Shown here piece after piece: positions 16,019-22,812 of a stretch of 37,142 bases of DNA; position 1 is the stretch's first letter, and each line of letters starts with the position of its first letter. Under the pieces are notes generated by a model. The model saw nothing but the letters and a program-made list of their open reading frames with translations. It was not told the origin of the DNA and did not search any database. Source of the stretch: Candidatus Kaiserbacteria bacterium (GTDB lineage Bacteria > Patescibacteriota > Minisyncoccia > Phycocordibacterales > Phycocordibacteraceae); assembly GCA_011052355.1 (NCBI GenBank), contig DRJB01000015.1, positions 1 through 37,142 on the forward strand. The letters are read 5' to 3'. The translations under genes were made by a program, and so were the position numbers.

Positions 16019-17538
16019 AATAATTTTGCTGATACTTTTGTCTCCTTGAGCCATTTTTGTGCAATTTTAATATAGTCAGGATTGATTTCAAAACCTATAT
16101 AGTTTTGTTCTAGTTCTTTGGCAACAACACACTCTGATCCAGTTCCTACAAAAGGAATTAGTACAACCCCACCTTTTTGAGGCAACGATGATTTAATAAG
16201 TTTACGAGTTATCTCTAAAGGTTTTTGTGTAGGGTGCTTCATTACATCGTGCTCTCTGTGTTTTTTTAATTGTTTTGGTTCAAAAACACCTTTGCATGTT
16301 TTACATAAAAACCACCGTTCGGTCATTCCTGCTCCACCAGCAAGAGCTGGTACTTTTATAACATCTCGAGGTAAAGCTCCTCCCTCATGTGCTTTATAAA
16401 CGGTTTCTTTTTCTCCGTTACTAAACCTACCAGCAGTTGCCTTTCTTTTTTTTCCAGCCGCACCATTAAGAAAACCATCTGTGTATGGTTCGCGAACATC
16501 GTCACGATTAAAAACAGGCTTATCTTTCCATGCACATATAATTGATTCATGGCTTCTTTGCCAAAAATGTAACGAAGCAACATTTTTGTTTGTGTAGTGC
16601 CAAATTAGCCATCGTTTATTTATAGGTATCTCAACCGAAAGATGTGCTAATATTTCACTAAAGCCATATATAAAAAGTGTTCCTGTTGGTTTCATTACGC
16701 GAATACACTCATTTATCCAACTTTTACACCATTCAACGTATTCACCAAACTCTCTTTTATCAATATTATTACCGAAATCTTTACCGATATTATAGGGGGG
16801 GTCTACAACAACCACATCACAACTATCATTTGGAAGTTTCCTTAATTCTTGAATAGCATCTCCTAAAATAATTTTATTTAGAGGCAATTTAGAATCCCTT
16901 TTTATTTTGTCTGAGGTAATTATAGATTCTGTTTGTAGTTCCTCTTCATTTTTTATAACATCAATTACAATACCTTGGATAATTAACTCCCTATTTTTTT
17001 GAATTATAATAGGTTCAAGTTTCTCGTTTGCAGGCTGTAGTCTTACATGACCACGCTCTTTATAAAATTTCTTTAGTGTTGCTTCATATCCATCAATCAA
17101 AGCCACGACTTTTTCACCATTGCTAGCTGTGTTTTGATATTTAGCTAGAATAATGTCTCCATTGTGAATATTTTCATCAATCATACTATCTCCAACCACA
17201 CGCAAAGCATAAAATTCTCCCATTCTAGGAACTCGTGATTGTGGGACAGCTATTGTTTCTCTGTCCTGTATTGCCTCAATTGGTTGCCCAGCCGAAATCA
17301 TTCCAAGAAGTGGAACATTTATCATCTTTTCTTTTTCATAAACATCAAGCGAACGAGGTTTATTTTCTCCTTTGTGTAGCAAACCTAAATTTTCCAACTT
17401 TTTTATATGGTAGTGTATTGTTGAAACAGATTTTAGTTTTAATTTCTTTTTAATCTCTTCAAAAGAAGGAGCGTAACCTTTTTTCTTTTTATGTATTTCT
17501 ATAAAGTCTAAAATTTCTTTTTGTCTTTTTGTAGTCAT
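16015..17538 (-). CDS. LexA-like repressor (wHTH + S24 autopeptidase) fused to a beta-class N6/N4 DNA methyltransferase
   Basis: N-terminal KEILDFI..GYAPSFEEI..STIHYHIKKLENLGLL. VPLLGMISA-GQP (Ala83-Gly84), GDSM (Ser118), TLKK (Lys156). Then VVVDPPYNIG (motif IV, checked in the DNA at 16801-16803 for Asp), HPTQKP, and the C-terminal motif I FVGTGSE. Confidence 0.85.
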   Translation of the reverse strand: MTTKRQKEILDFIEIHKKKKGYAPSFEEIKKKLKLKSVSTIHYHIKKLENLGLLHKGENKPRSLDVYEKEKMINVPLLGMISAGQPIEAIQDRETIAVPQSRVPRMGEFYALRVVGDSMIDENIHNGDIILAKYQNTASNGEKVVALIDGYEATLKKFYKERGHVRLQPANEKLEPIIIQKNRELIIQGIVIDVIKNEEELQTESIITSDKIKRDSKLPLNKIILGDAIQELRKLPNDSCDVVVVDPPYNIGKDFGNNIDKREFGEYVEWCKSWINECIRVMKPTGTLFIYGFSEILAHLSVEIPINKRWLIWHYTNKNVASLHFWQRSHESIICAWKDKPVFNRDDVREPYTDGFLNGAAGKKRKATAGRFSNGEKETVYKAHEGGALPRDVIKVPALAGGAGMTERWFLCKTCKGVFEPKQLKKHREHDVMKHPTQKPLEITRKLIKSSLPQKGGVVLIPFVGTGSECVVAKELEQNYIGFEINPDYIKIAQKWLKETKVSAKLF

Positions 17539-17551
17539 ATTTTTATGATTT

Positions 17552-17601
17552 GATTTTCTAATTACTTTCGATTATAATTATATAGAAAATGAGTAGAAAA
17601 T
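17552..17601. promoter_or_regulatory. candidate operator in the divergent intergenic region: ATTTTCTA (17553-17560) inverted to TAGAAAAT (17583-17590), repeated at 17594-17601
   Basis: Read directly. AT-rich context, so a chance occurrence is possible. Confidence 0.25.
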
Positions 17602-17614
17602 ACAAATAAATTAT

Positions 17615-18994
17615 GTGGATATGAATCTAGAAAATATAAATTACATAACAGAAGAAAAATTGCCCGAGGTTAAAACCCTAATTATAGGGATATCTTTATT
17701 TTTGGGTGCTTTTGTTCTTGTTGATAATTTTATAAATCAATTTATTAGTTTAGAAGTCAAAGCTGTAATTTATACGGTGCTTATACTTTCATGGATTTCA
17801 TTTTGGACATTTAAGAAATTTCGTTTACCAAGAAGTAAAAAAGAGGAAGTTGGAATTGTAATTTCTATTTTTTCAGAAAATGAAAAAGAGAGACAGAGGC
17901 TGAAAGCCGATTTTATTGGCAAATTAAAAAAGGATTTTCAACAAGAAGGAATTTTAAATTTTTCTGAAATAATTTTTTTAAAGAATCATTTTTCAAAACA
18001 AATTATAGAATCAAACAATCCAAAAGGTATTTTAGAAAAATTTAACAAAAAAATAAAAGCCCACTTTTATGTTTGGGGTGATGTTAAAAAAAGGACAGAC
18101 GGAGATGAAGGAGAAAAATATTTTTTGAACTTTCAAGGTTATGTTGTTCACAAGCCGATTTCTCAGAATTTAAGTCAAGAGATTTCAAGAGATTTTTCAA
18201 AGGTTCTTCCTTCTGAGGTAAATTTTTTAGAAAAGAGAAGCTTCAGAGGATTTGAGGCTTCGGCAAAGATAGTGCACCTGGCAACAAAATATATTATTGG
18301 AGTTGCTGCTTTTGTTTCTAATGATCCACGACTAGCCTTGCAACTTCATAATGGATTAAAGGAACAGTTTAATACATTTAAACCCTTACCGCCTCACATA
18401 CAGGAGATTAGAAATCGTATACCAATTTTAATCTCAGATGAGCTATTTTGGATTGCAAAGTGGTATTTTGAAAATAATAATATAGAAAAAACAAAAGAGT
18501 TTATACAAAAATCAATAGATGAAAATAATAATAACTATGGAGCATGGTTACTCAAAGCAATGATAGATTTTTCAGTGGACAACAATATAGATGAGGCTCT
18601 TAAGAGTACAAAAAAAGCAAGAGGGTATACTAAAAATAGTTATGAGTGGAGATACAATGAAGCCTTTCTATATTTTTGGAAAGAGGATTACACCAACGCT
18701 TTGCGCTTATGTCAGAAAATTAAAAAACAAAATTATTTAACAGAAGAAGTTACTGTCAAAGAGGTGCGTAAATTTAATTTAAATATTTTGCAAAACAATC
18801 CATCGAAACATCAGTTATATTTTTGGATTGGTTATTTAAGCTGGTTTAAAGAAAAAAATATAGTAAATGCTTTACAAGATTTTGAGAAATTTGAAGAATT
18901 GGCTGATACTAACATGGATATTTTAAAACAAAAATCCTCAGCTTATTTAATAGAAATAAGACAGAAAATGAAAATTGGCATAAAAAATAAATAA
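17615..18994 (+). CDS. membrane-anchored (2 TM) protein with a central alpha/beta region and C-terminal TPR-like repeats
   Basis: Hydrophobic LIIGISLFLGAFVLV and VIYTVLILSWISFWTF. TPR-like YGAWLLKAMIDF..DEALKS, YNEAFLYFWKEDYTNALRLC and YFWIGYLSWFKEKNIVNALQDF. GTG start at 17615, alternative ATG at 17621. Confidence 0.7.
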   Translation: MDMNLENINYITEEKLPEVKTLIIGISLFLGAFVLVDNFINQFISLEVKAVIYTVLILSWISFWTFKKFRLPRSKKEEVGIVISIFSENEKERQRLKADFIGKLKKDFQQEGILNFSEIIFLKNHFSKQIIESNNPKGILEKFNKKIKAHFYVWGDVKKRTDGDEGEKYFLNFQGYVVHKPISQNLSQEISRDFSKVLPSEVNFLEKRSFRGFEASAKIVHLATKYIIGVAAFVSNDPRLALQLHNGLKEQFNTFKPLPPHIQEIRNRIPILISDELFWIAKWYFENNNIEKTKEFIQKSIDENNNNYGAWLLKAMIDFSVDNNIDEALKSTKKARGYTKNSYEWRYNEAFLYFWKEDYTNALRLCQKIKKQNYLTEEVTVKEVRKFNLNILQNNPSKHQLYFWIGYLSWFKEKNIVNALQDFEKFEELADTNMDILKQKSSAYLIEIRQKMKIGIKNK

Positions 18995-19045
18995 GGGGCA
19001 ACGCTTGCGCGCGCAATTGGGTGGGGTAAGCGCAATATGATTTGC

Positions 19046-19075
19046 TTGTGCGTTTAGCACAATCCTTTTTCTTTT
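19046..19075 (+). terminator. intrinsic terminator after the TPR gene
   Basis: ttgtgc-gttta-gcacaa followed by tcctttttcttttc. Confidence 0.45.
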
Positions 19076-19264
19076 CAGTACGATTTACACAAAACTTTAA
19101 TCGGAGGCAATGAGCGAGCCACGAGAACACCGCAGAGGCTTGGCGAAGTATGAGCCAGCCATGCGAGGTGTTTCTCGTTGGCGAACGGACGGACAATTTA
19201 CCACAGGCATAGCGCCAAGTTTGCGAAGAAATGGAGGAGTGGTGGCAGAAAATAGAAAGAAAAA

Positions 19265-19273
19265 TGTTATAAT
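19265..19273 (+). promoter_or_regulatory. extended -10 element TGTTATAAT pointing into repeat copy B and the hairpin-rich region
   Basis: Read directly. No -35 element identified. Confidence 0.25.
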
Positions 19274-19296
19274 ATCAATAAGCCATTTTGGAATTT

Positions 19297-19416
19297 CTGA
19301 GCGAACCCGCCCGACCAAAACCATTTCTTTACCTTTCTTTTCACCTATCGGCGGAGGGGTCTGAGGAGAAGCAGAACAAAAAATTGAAAAGAAAATTATT
19401 TTGGTCGGGCGATCGC
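19297..19416. repeat. MITE-like palindromic element, copy B (left arm intact, right arm degraded)
   Basis: ctgagcgaacccgcccgaccaaaaccatttc ... ttggtcgggcgatcgc. Aligns along its length with copy A. By eye, the centre and right arm are more diverged than the left arm. Confidence 0.75.
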
Positions 19417-19600
19417 ACTCGTCGCAACGAGTGCGATGTGGCGTGGTGGAGTCGTCGTCTCTCGCGCCCTGCAGGGCGCGAGAGAAAGCACGCGGAGCGT
19501 GGAAAACACTTTTGGATTCTGGATTCGGCAGGGGGATTCAGAACAGACGGCACTTCGTACCGACCATATTTTTGGTTCAGAAACCCTTTTCGAAAATCTG

Positions 19601-19687
19601 CGGAGAGGGAGGGATTCGAACCCTCGATGGAGTTTCCCCCATGCCGGTTTTCGAAACCGGTGCCTTCAACCACTCAGCCACCTCTCC
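19601..19687 (-). tRNA. tRNA-Ser (anticodon CGA), long variable arm, no encoded CCA
   Basis: The reverse complement reads GGAGAGGTGGCTGAGTGGTTGAAGGCACCGGTTTCGAAAACCGGCATGGGGGAAACTCCATCGAGGGTTCGAATCCCTCCCTCTCCG. Anticodon loop is TTCGAAA. Confidence 0.95.
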
Positions 19688-19775
19688 ACTGAATAAACAC
19701 ATAACCCCGTTAATGTGTGACCACGTTAATGACCAACAAGTGGTGTAGGTATTTTAACATACACACCAAACAAAA

Positions 19776-19818
19776 GGATGCAGCCCTATACCTTCAGTAA
19801 AGGCATAGGGCTGCATCC
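19776..19818 (-). terminator. hairpin plus T-run downstream of the small minus-strand ORF
   Basis: ggatgcagccctat...atagggctgcatcc. On the minus strand it is followed by ttttgtttgg. Confidence 0.4.
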
Positions 19819-19820
19819 GA

Positions 19821-19922
19821 TAGAGAAGTGTTAGGCAGCTTGCTCTTCTGTTCCTGTTTCTTCGGGAGCTGTTGCTCCTTCAGGTGTTGCTTCAGGTGCA
19901 GGATTGGTTGTGTTTGTGTTAT
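19821..19922 (-). CDS. candidate 33-aa acidic, Thr/Pro/Glu-rich peptide (MDSDNTNTTNPAPEATPEGATAPEETGTEEQAA)
   Basis: Own translation. ATG to TAA, followed by the terminator above. Below the ORF-track length cut-off. No family. Confidence 0.25.
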
Positions 19923-20189
19923 CTGAATCCATATTTTGTTATAGGTGTCCAGTTTCGTCTTGTAAAAAACGAAACCTTCCAGTTATTAGACCGGCAATGT
20001 AATATCGACCTACTTCATTAACCTACCACATACTCAAAAATAAATCAAGTGCAAATGTCTATTGCCTAGCATTTTTAACCACTATAATAAAGACATACTA
20101 TAGCTAAATTATATTTGTGTATTCAGGCAGAAATCAGCACTCCTCTGGCTATTCCGATAAAAATATGCCATTATACATACACGGTTTTT

Positions 20190-20261
20190 GGCCTCATCGT
20201 CTAACGGCTAGGACAGCGCCCTTTCACGGCGTAAATCGGGGTTCGATTCCCCGTGGGGTCA
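20190..20261 (+). tRNA. tRNA-Glu (anticodon UUC), no encoded CCA
   Basis: GGCCTCATCGTCTAACGGCTAGGACAGCGCCCTTTCACGGCGTAAATCGGGGTTCGATTCCCCGTGGGGTCA. Anticodon loop is CTTTCAC. Confidence 0.95.
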
Positions 20262-20267
20262 CATACA

Positions 20268-20306
20268 ACACACAATGGGAGCCCCGCGGGGGCTCCCATT
20301 GTGTGT
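20268..20306. terminator. 18-bp perfect hairpin between convergent tRNA-Glu and tRNA-Met (candidate bidirectional terminator)
   Basis: acacacaatgggagcccc-gcg-ggggctcccattgtgtgt. Weak T-runs on both sides. Confidence 0.5.
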
Positions 20307-20314
20307 AATCCTTG

Positions 20315-20385
20315 TTGCGGGGGCCGGAATTGAACCGGCGTCTGGGGGTTATGAGCCCCCCGAGGTACCTCTCCTCTACCCCGCT
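20315..20385 (-). tRNA. tRNA-Met (CAU), initiator-like
   Basis: The reverse complement reads AGCGGGGTAGAGGAGAGGTACCTCGGGGGGCTCATAACCCCCAGACGCCGGTTCAATTCCGGCCCCCGCAA. 1:72 mismatch (A-A), G:C run closing the anticodon stem, and an acceptor 3' strand (CCCCGCA) identical to E. coli tRNA-fMet. Confidence 0.85.
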
Positions 20386-20479
20386 ATCGCACAGTATACA
20401 ACAAATGATATTACATTCAAGTATTGTGCGGTGGACAACTTAGTTGGATGCCGGTTTGGTTGGGTATGCATTTTACTAA

Positions 20480-20520
20480 ACCACAGGGTCGGAACATCCC
20501 AGATGTTCCGACCCTGTGGT
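20480..20520. repeat. orphan 18-bp-stem hairpin between tRNA-Met and the cupin gene
   Basis: accacagggtcggaacatc-cca-gatgttccgaccctgtggt. Confidence 0.6.
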
Positions 20521-20606
20521 TTCAGGTTCATGTCCGATACGGACAACAGGTACTGTGGATAAACAATTATACCTCACGGCACGCCTGTCATATACTTTAA
20601 AGAAAC

Positions 20607-20966
20607 ATGCAAACCTCTTATCACTATCACGAAAACCGCCCGTGGGGTTCTTTTGACCAATTCACTCACGATACGCAAACAACAGTAAAGATATTAAACG
20701 TCTCGGCAAACAAACGTCTTTCTTTGCAAAAACACAAACACAGAAGTGAGTTTTGGCATGTCATCTCCGGGAACGGCACTGTAACAATTGAGACAAAAGA
20801 ACTCCGTGCGCGACAAAATGATGAATTTGAAATACCAGCTGATACAATACATAGGATTACAGGTGGCAATGAAGGAATACGCCTGCTTGAAATAGCGACA
20901 GGGAATTTTGATGAAAATGACATTATTCGTATTGAGGACGATTTTGGCCGCACAGACGCGCCATGA
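20607..20966 (+). CDS. cupin-type mannose-6-phosphate isomerase (type II PMI C-terminal-domain-like)
   Basis: RPWGSFDQF, LSLQKHKHRSEFWHVISG, HRITG and DIIRIEDDFGR. Confidence 0.85.
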   Translation: MQTSYHYHENRPWGSFDQFTHDTQTTVKILNVSANKRLSLQKHKHRSEFWHVISGNGTVTIETKELRARQNDEFEIPADTIHRITGGNEGIRLLEIATGNFDENDIIRIEDDFGRTDAP

Positions 20967-22042
20967 CACTGATCTTTTATATACTCGCACTTTTTCTCAC
21001 CTCATTTGTTGCCGGAATTCTCATAGGTGTTATCTTTTCGCCACTGTTGCGAAAAGAAATAACAGGTCATGCACCAACCTACCAAAAGAAACACCATGCT
21101 GTTGAAATGCTACAACGCAGTACACACAATCCAATATTACAACCAAGAGGAAACGGTTTTGAAGAGTTGGCTGTATTTAATGCCGCCGCATTTGACCTTG
21201 ACGGTTCGGTACACTTGCTTTATCGCGCCATGGATAAAAACAACACCTCAACAATCGGGTATGCACGTACAAAAGATGCTCTCCACATTGATGAGCGTCT
21301 TGACACACCCATATATACACCACGTGCGGATTTTGAACAAAAAAAGGGAGACCCTCATTGGAACTCAGGTTGTGAAGACCCGCGCGTATCAATCATTAAT
21401 GAGCGAATACACATGACATACACTGCGTACGATGGCGTACACTCTCCGCGCGGAGCATACACCTCAATCTCTATTGATGATTTTCGTAAACACAAATGGG
21501 AAAAATGGAGTATGCCGGTTTTAATTACTCCTGAAAACGTAGATGATAAAGACATTGGTCTTCTACCGCAAACCATACAAAAAAATTATCTGCTGTATCA
21601 CAGAGTGTATAACAATATATGTGCTGACACTGTCTCCACCCTTTCTTTCAGAAAACCGATAACACTTTGCATTGAGATATTATCGCCACGCTCCCACATG
21701 TGGGACGAAGTGAGAGTTGGTATCACGGGACCGCCCATACGTATTTCCGATGGATGGCTTTTGATATACCATGGTGTCTCACACGATAACACTTATCGCT
21801 TTGGCGCCGCTCTACTGAAAGAAAATGGGATGGAAATAACCGCGCGCACCATTGAACCGATTTTTGAGCCGACCGAACCATATGAAAAAAACGGTATCGT
21901 CAATAATGTGGTATTTTCTTGCGGAGCGGTGATGCGCGGGGATACAATTTTTGTATATTATGGCGGTGGAGACAGAGTGCTTGGTGTGGCAATAGGTAGT
22001 GTGGATCACATAGTGCATAAACTACGCACACAAACAACATGA
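20963..22042 (+). CDS. GH130-family glycoside phosphorylase/hydrolase (beta-mannoside-type) with an N-terminal TM segment
   Basis: NPILQP...AVFNAAA...LLYRAMD, GCEDPRV, GWLLIYHGV, YRFGAALL and VVFSCG...IFVYYGGGD. Confidence 0.8.
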   Translation: MTLIFYILALFLTSFVAGILIGVIFSPLLRKEITGHAPTYQKKHHAVEMLQRSTHNPILQPRGNGFEELAVFNAAAFDLDGSVHLLYRAMDKNNTSTIGYARTKDALHIDERLDTPIYTPRADFEQKKGDPHWNSGCEDPRVSIINERIHMTYTAYDGVHSPRGAYTSISIDDFRKHKWEKWSMPVLITPENVDDKDIGLLPQTIQKNYLLYHRVYNNICADTVSTLSFRKPITLCIEILSPRSHMWDEVRVGITGPPIRISDGWLLIYHGVSHDNTYRFGAALLKENGMEITARTIEPIFEPTEPYEKNGIVNNVVFSCGAVMRGDTIFVYYGGGDRVLGVAIGSVDHIVHKLRTQTT

Positions 22043-22800
22043 CACAACCTGAAGTATTTATTTTTGATTTAGATGGGACAATCGCGGAAAGCAAGCAACC
22101 TATCACCGCACGCATGGCGGAAATGCTCACACAATTACTCGCGCACTCGCGCGTGGCAATCGCCTCAGGAGGAAAATTTAAGCAACTGCACAAACAAGTT
22201 GCCAACCAGCTCCCCGCTAACACACAGTTGGAAAAATTATATTTCCTACCCACCTCCGGAGCGGCACTTTATTATTATCGCGATACAAAGTGGCACACGG
22301 TGTATGAAAAACTCTTAACTGATACGGAAGCTATACACATTACAAAAGCAATTGAACAAGCTGTTAAAAGCACACGTGTCATCTTTCCGAATACCACACT
22401 CTATGGAACACAAACTGAATTTCGCGGAACAGAAGTTTCATTTTCAGCGCTTGGGCAAAATGCTCCACTGGAACAAAAACGTACGTGGGACCCCACACGA
22501 GAAAAAAGAGAAATACTGCACGCCTCTCTTGTGCCGTTGTTGAGTGAGTACGAAGTACACATCGGCGGAATGACCACTATTGATATTACCCAAAAAGGAA
22601 TTGATAAAGCATATGGCATAGAAAGGCTCTCGGAATTTCTTTCTATACCAATAACACACATGTTATACATCGGGGACGAATTGCAAAACGGTGGCAACGA
22701 TGAGGCGGTGTTACGTACGCAAGCACACACACATAAAGTAACAGACCCCCGTGATACGTATCGCTTTATTACAGAACTACTCACACACGAAGATATATAA
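22039..22800 (+). CDS. HAD-IIB hydrolase, phosphomannomutase-like
   Basis: FIFDLDGTIAES (DxDGT), IASGGKF and GDELQNGGNDEAV. Confidence 0.7.
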   Translation: MTQPEVFIFDLDGTIAESKQPITARMAEMLTQLLAHSRVAIASGGKFKQLHKQVANQLPANTQLEKLYFLPTSGAALYYYRDTKWHTVYEKLLTDTEAIHITKAIEQAVKSTRVIFPNTTLYGTQTEFRGTEVSFSALGQNAPLEQKRTWDPTREKREILHASLVPLLSEYEVHIGGMTTIDITQKGIDKAYGIERLSEFLSIPITHMLYIGDELQNGGNDEAVLRTQAHTHKVTDPRDTYRFITELLTHEDI

Positions 22801-22812
22801 TTTCGCACGGAA

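Larger units (their letters stand above)
14926..19416. mobile_element. candidate horizontally acquired island: AT-rich 4-gene cassette bracketed by two MITE-like repeats, next to tRNA-Ser
   Basis: Sharp shift to AT-rich composition across about 15046-18994. Flanking direct repeat copies, a truncated neighbouring gene and an adjacent tRNA. No integrase or transposase is seen, so the mobility mechanism is unknown. Confidence 0.4.

Noticed and set aside
19514-19539. GGATTCTGGATTCGGCAGGGGGATTC resembles the conserved 5' region of tmRNA (GAUUCUGGAUUCGACGGG)
   Set aside because: There is no GGGG acceptor 5' end, no T-arm or ...CCA-type 3' end in the same orientation, and no tag ORF with resume codon that I could find. 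The match is largely a GGATTC tandem repeat.
14926-19687. Classical tRNA-targeted integrative element (integrase plus att repeats derived from the tRNA 3' end)
   Set aside because: No integrase, recombinase or transposase ORF is present. The flanking repeats are not derived from tRNA-Ser. I kept it only as a compositional island with an unknown acquisition mechanism.
19110-19748. Several 84-134-aa ORFs on both strands (19110-19364, 19288-19692, 19341-19673, 19401-19748, 19436-19696)
   Set aside because: They overlap one another, the MITE-like repeat, perfect palindromes and the tRNA-Ser gene. Their Arg/Gly/Ser-rich translations are typical of random GC-rich frames.
20062-20088. TTGCCT...TATAAT promoter-like pair upstream of tRNA-Glu
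   Set aside because: The spacer is only 15 nt by my count and the site is about 100 nt from the tRNA. The evidence is too weak to list as a feature.
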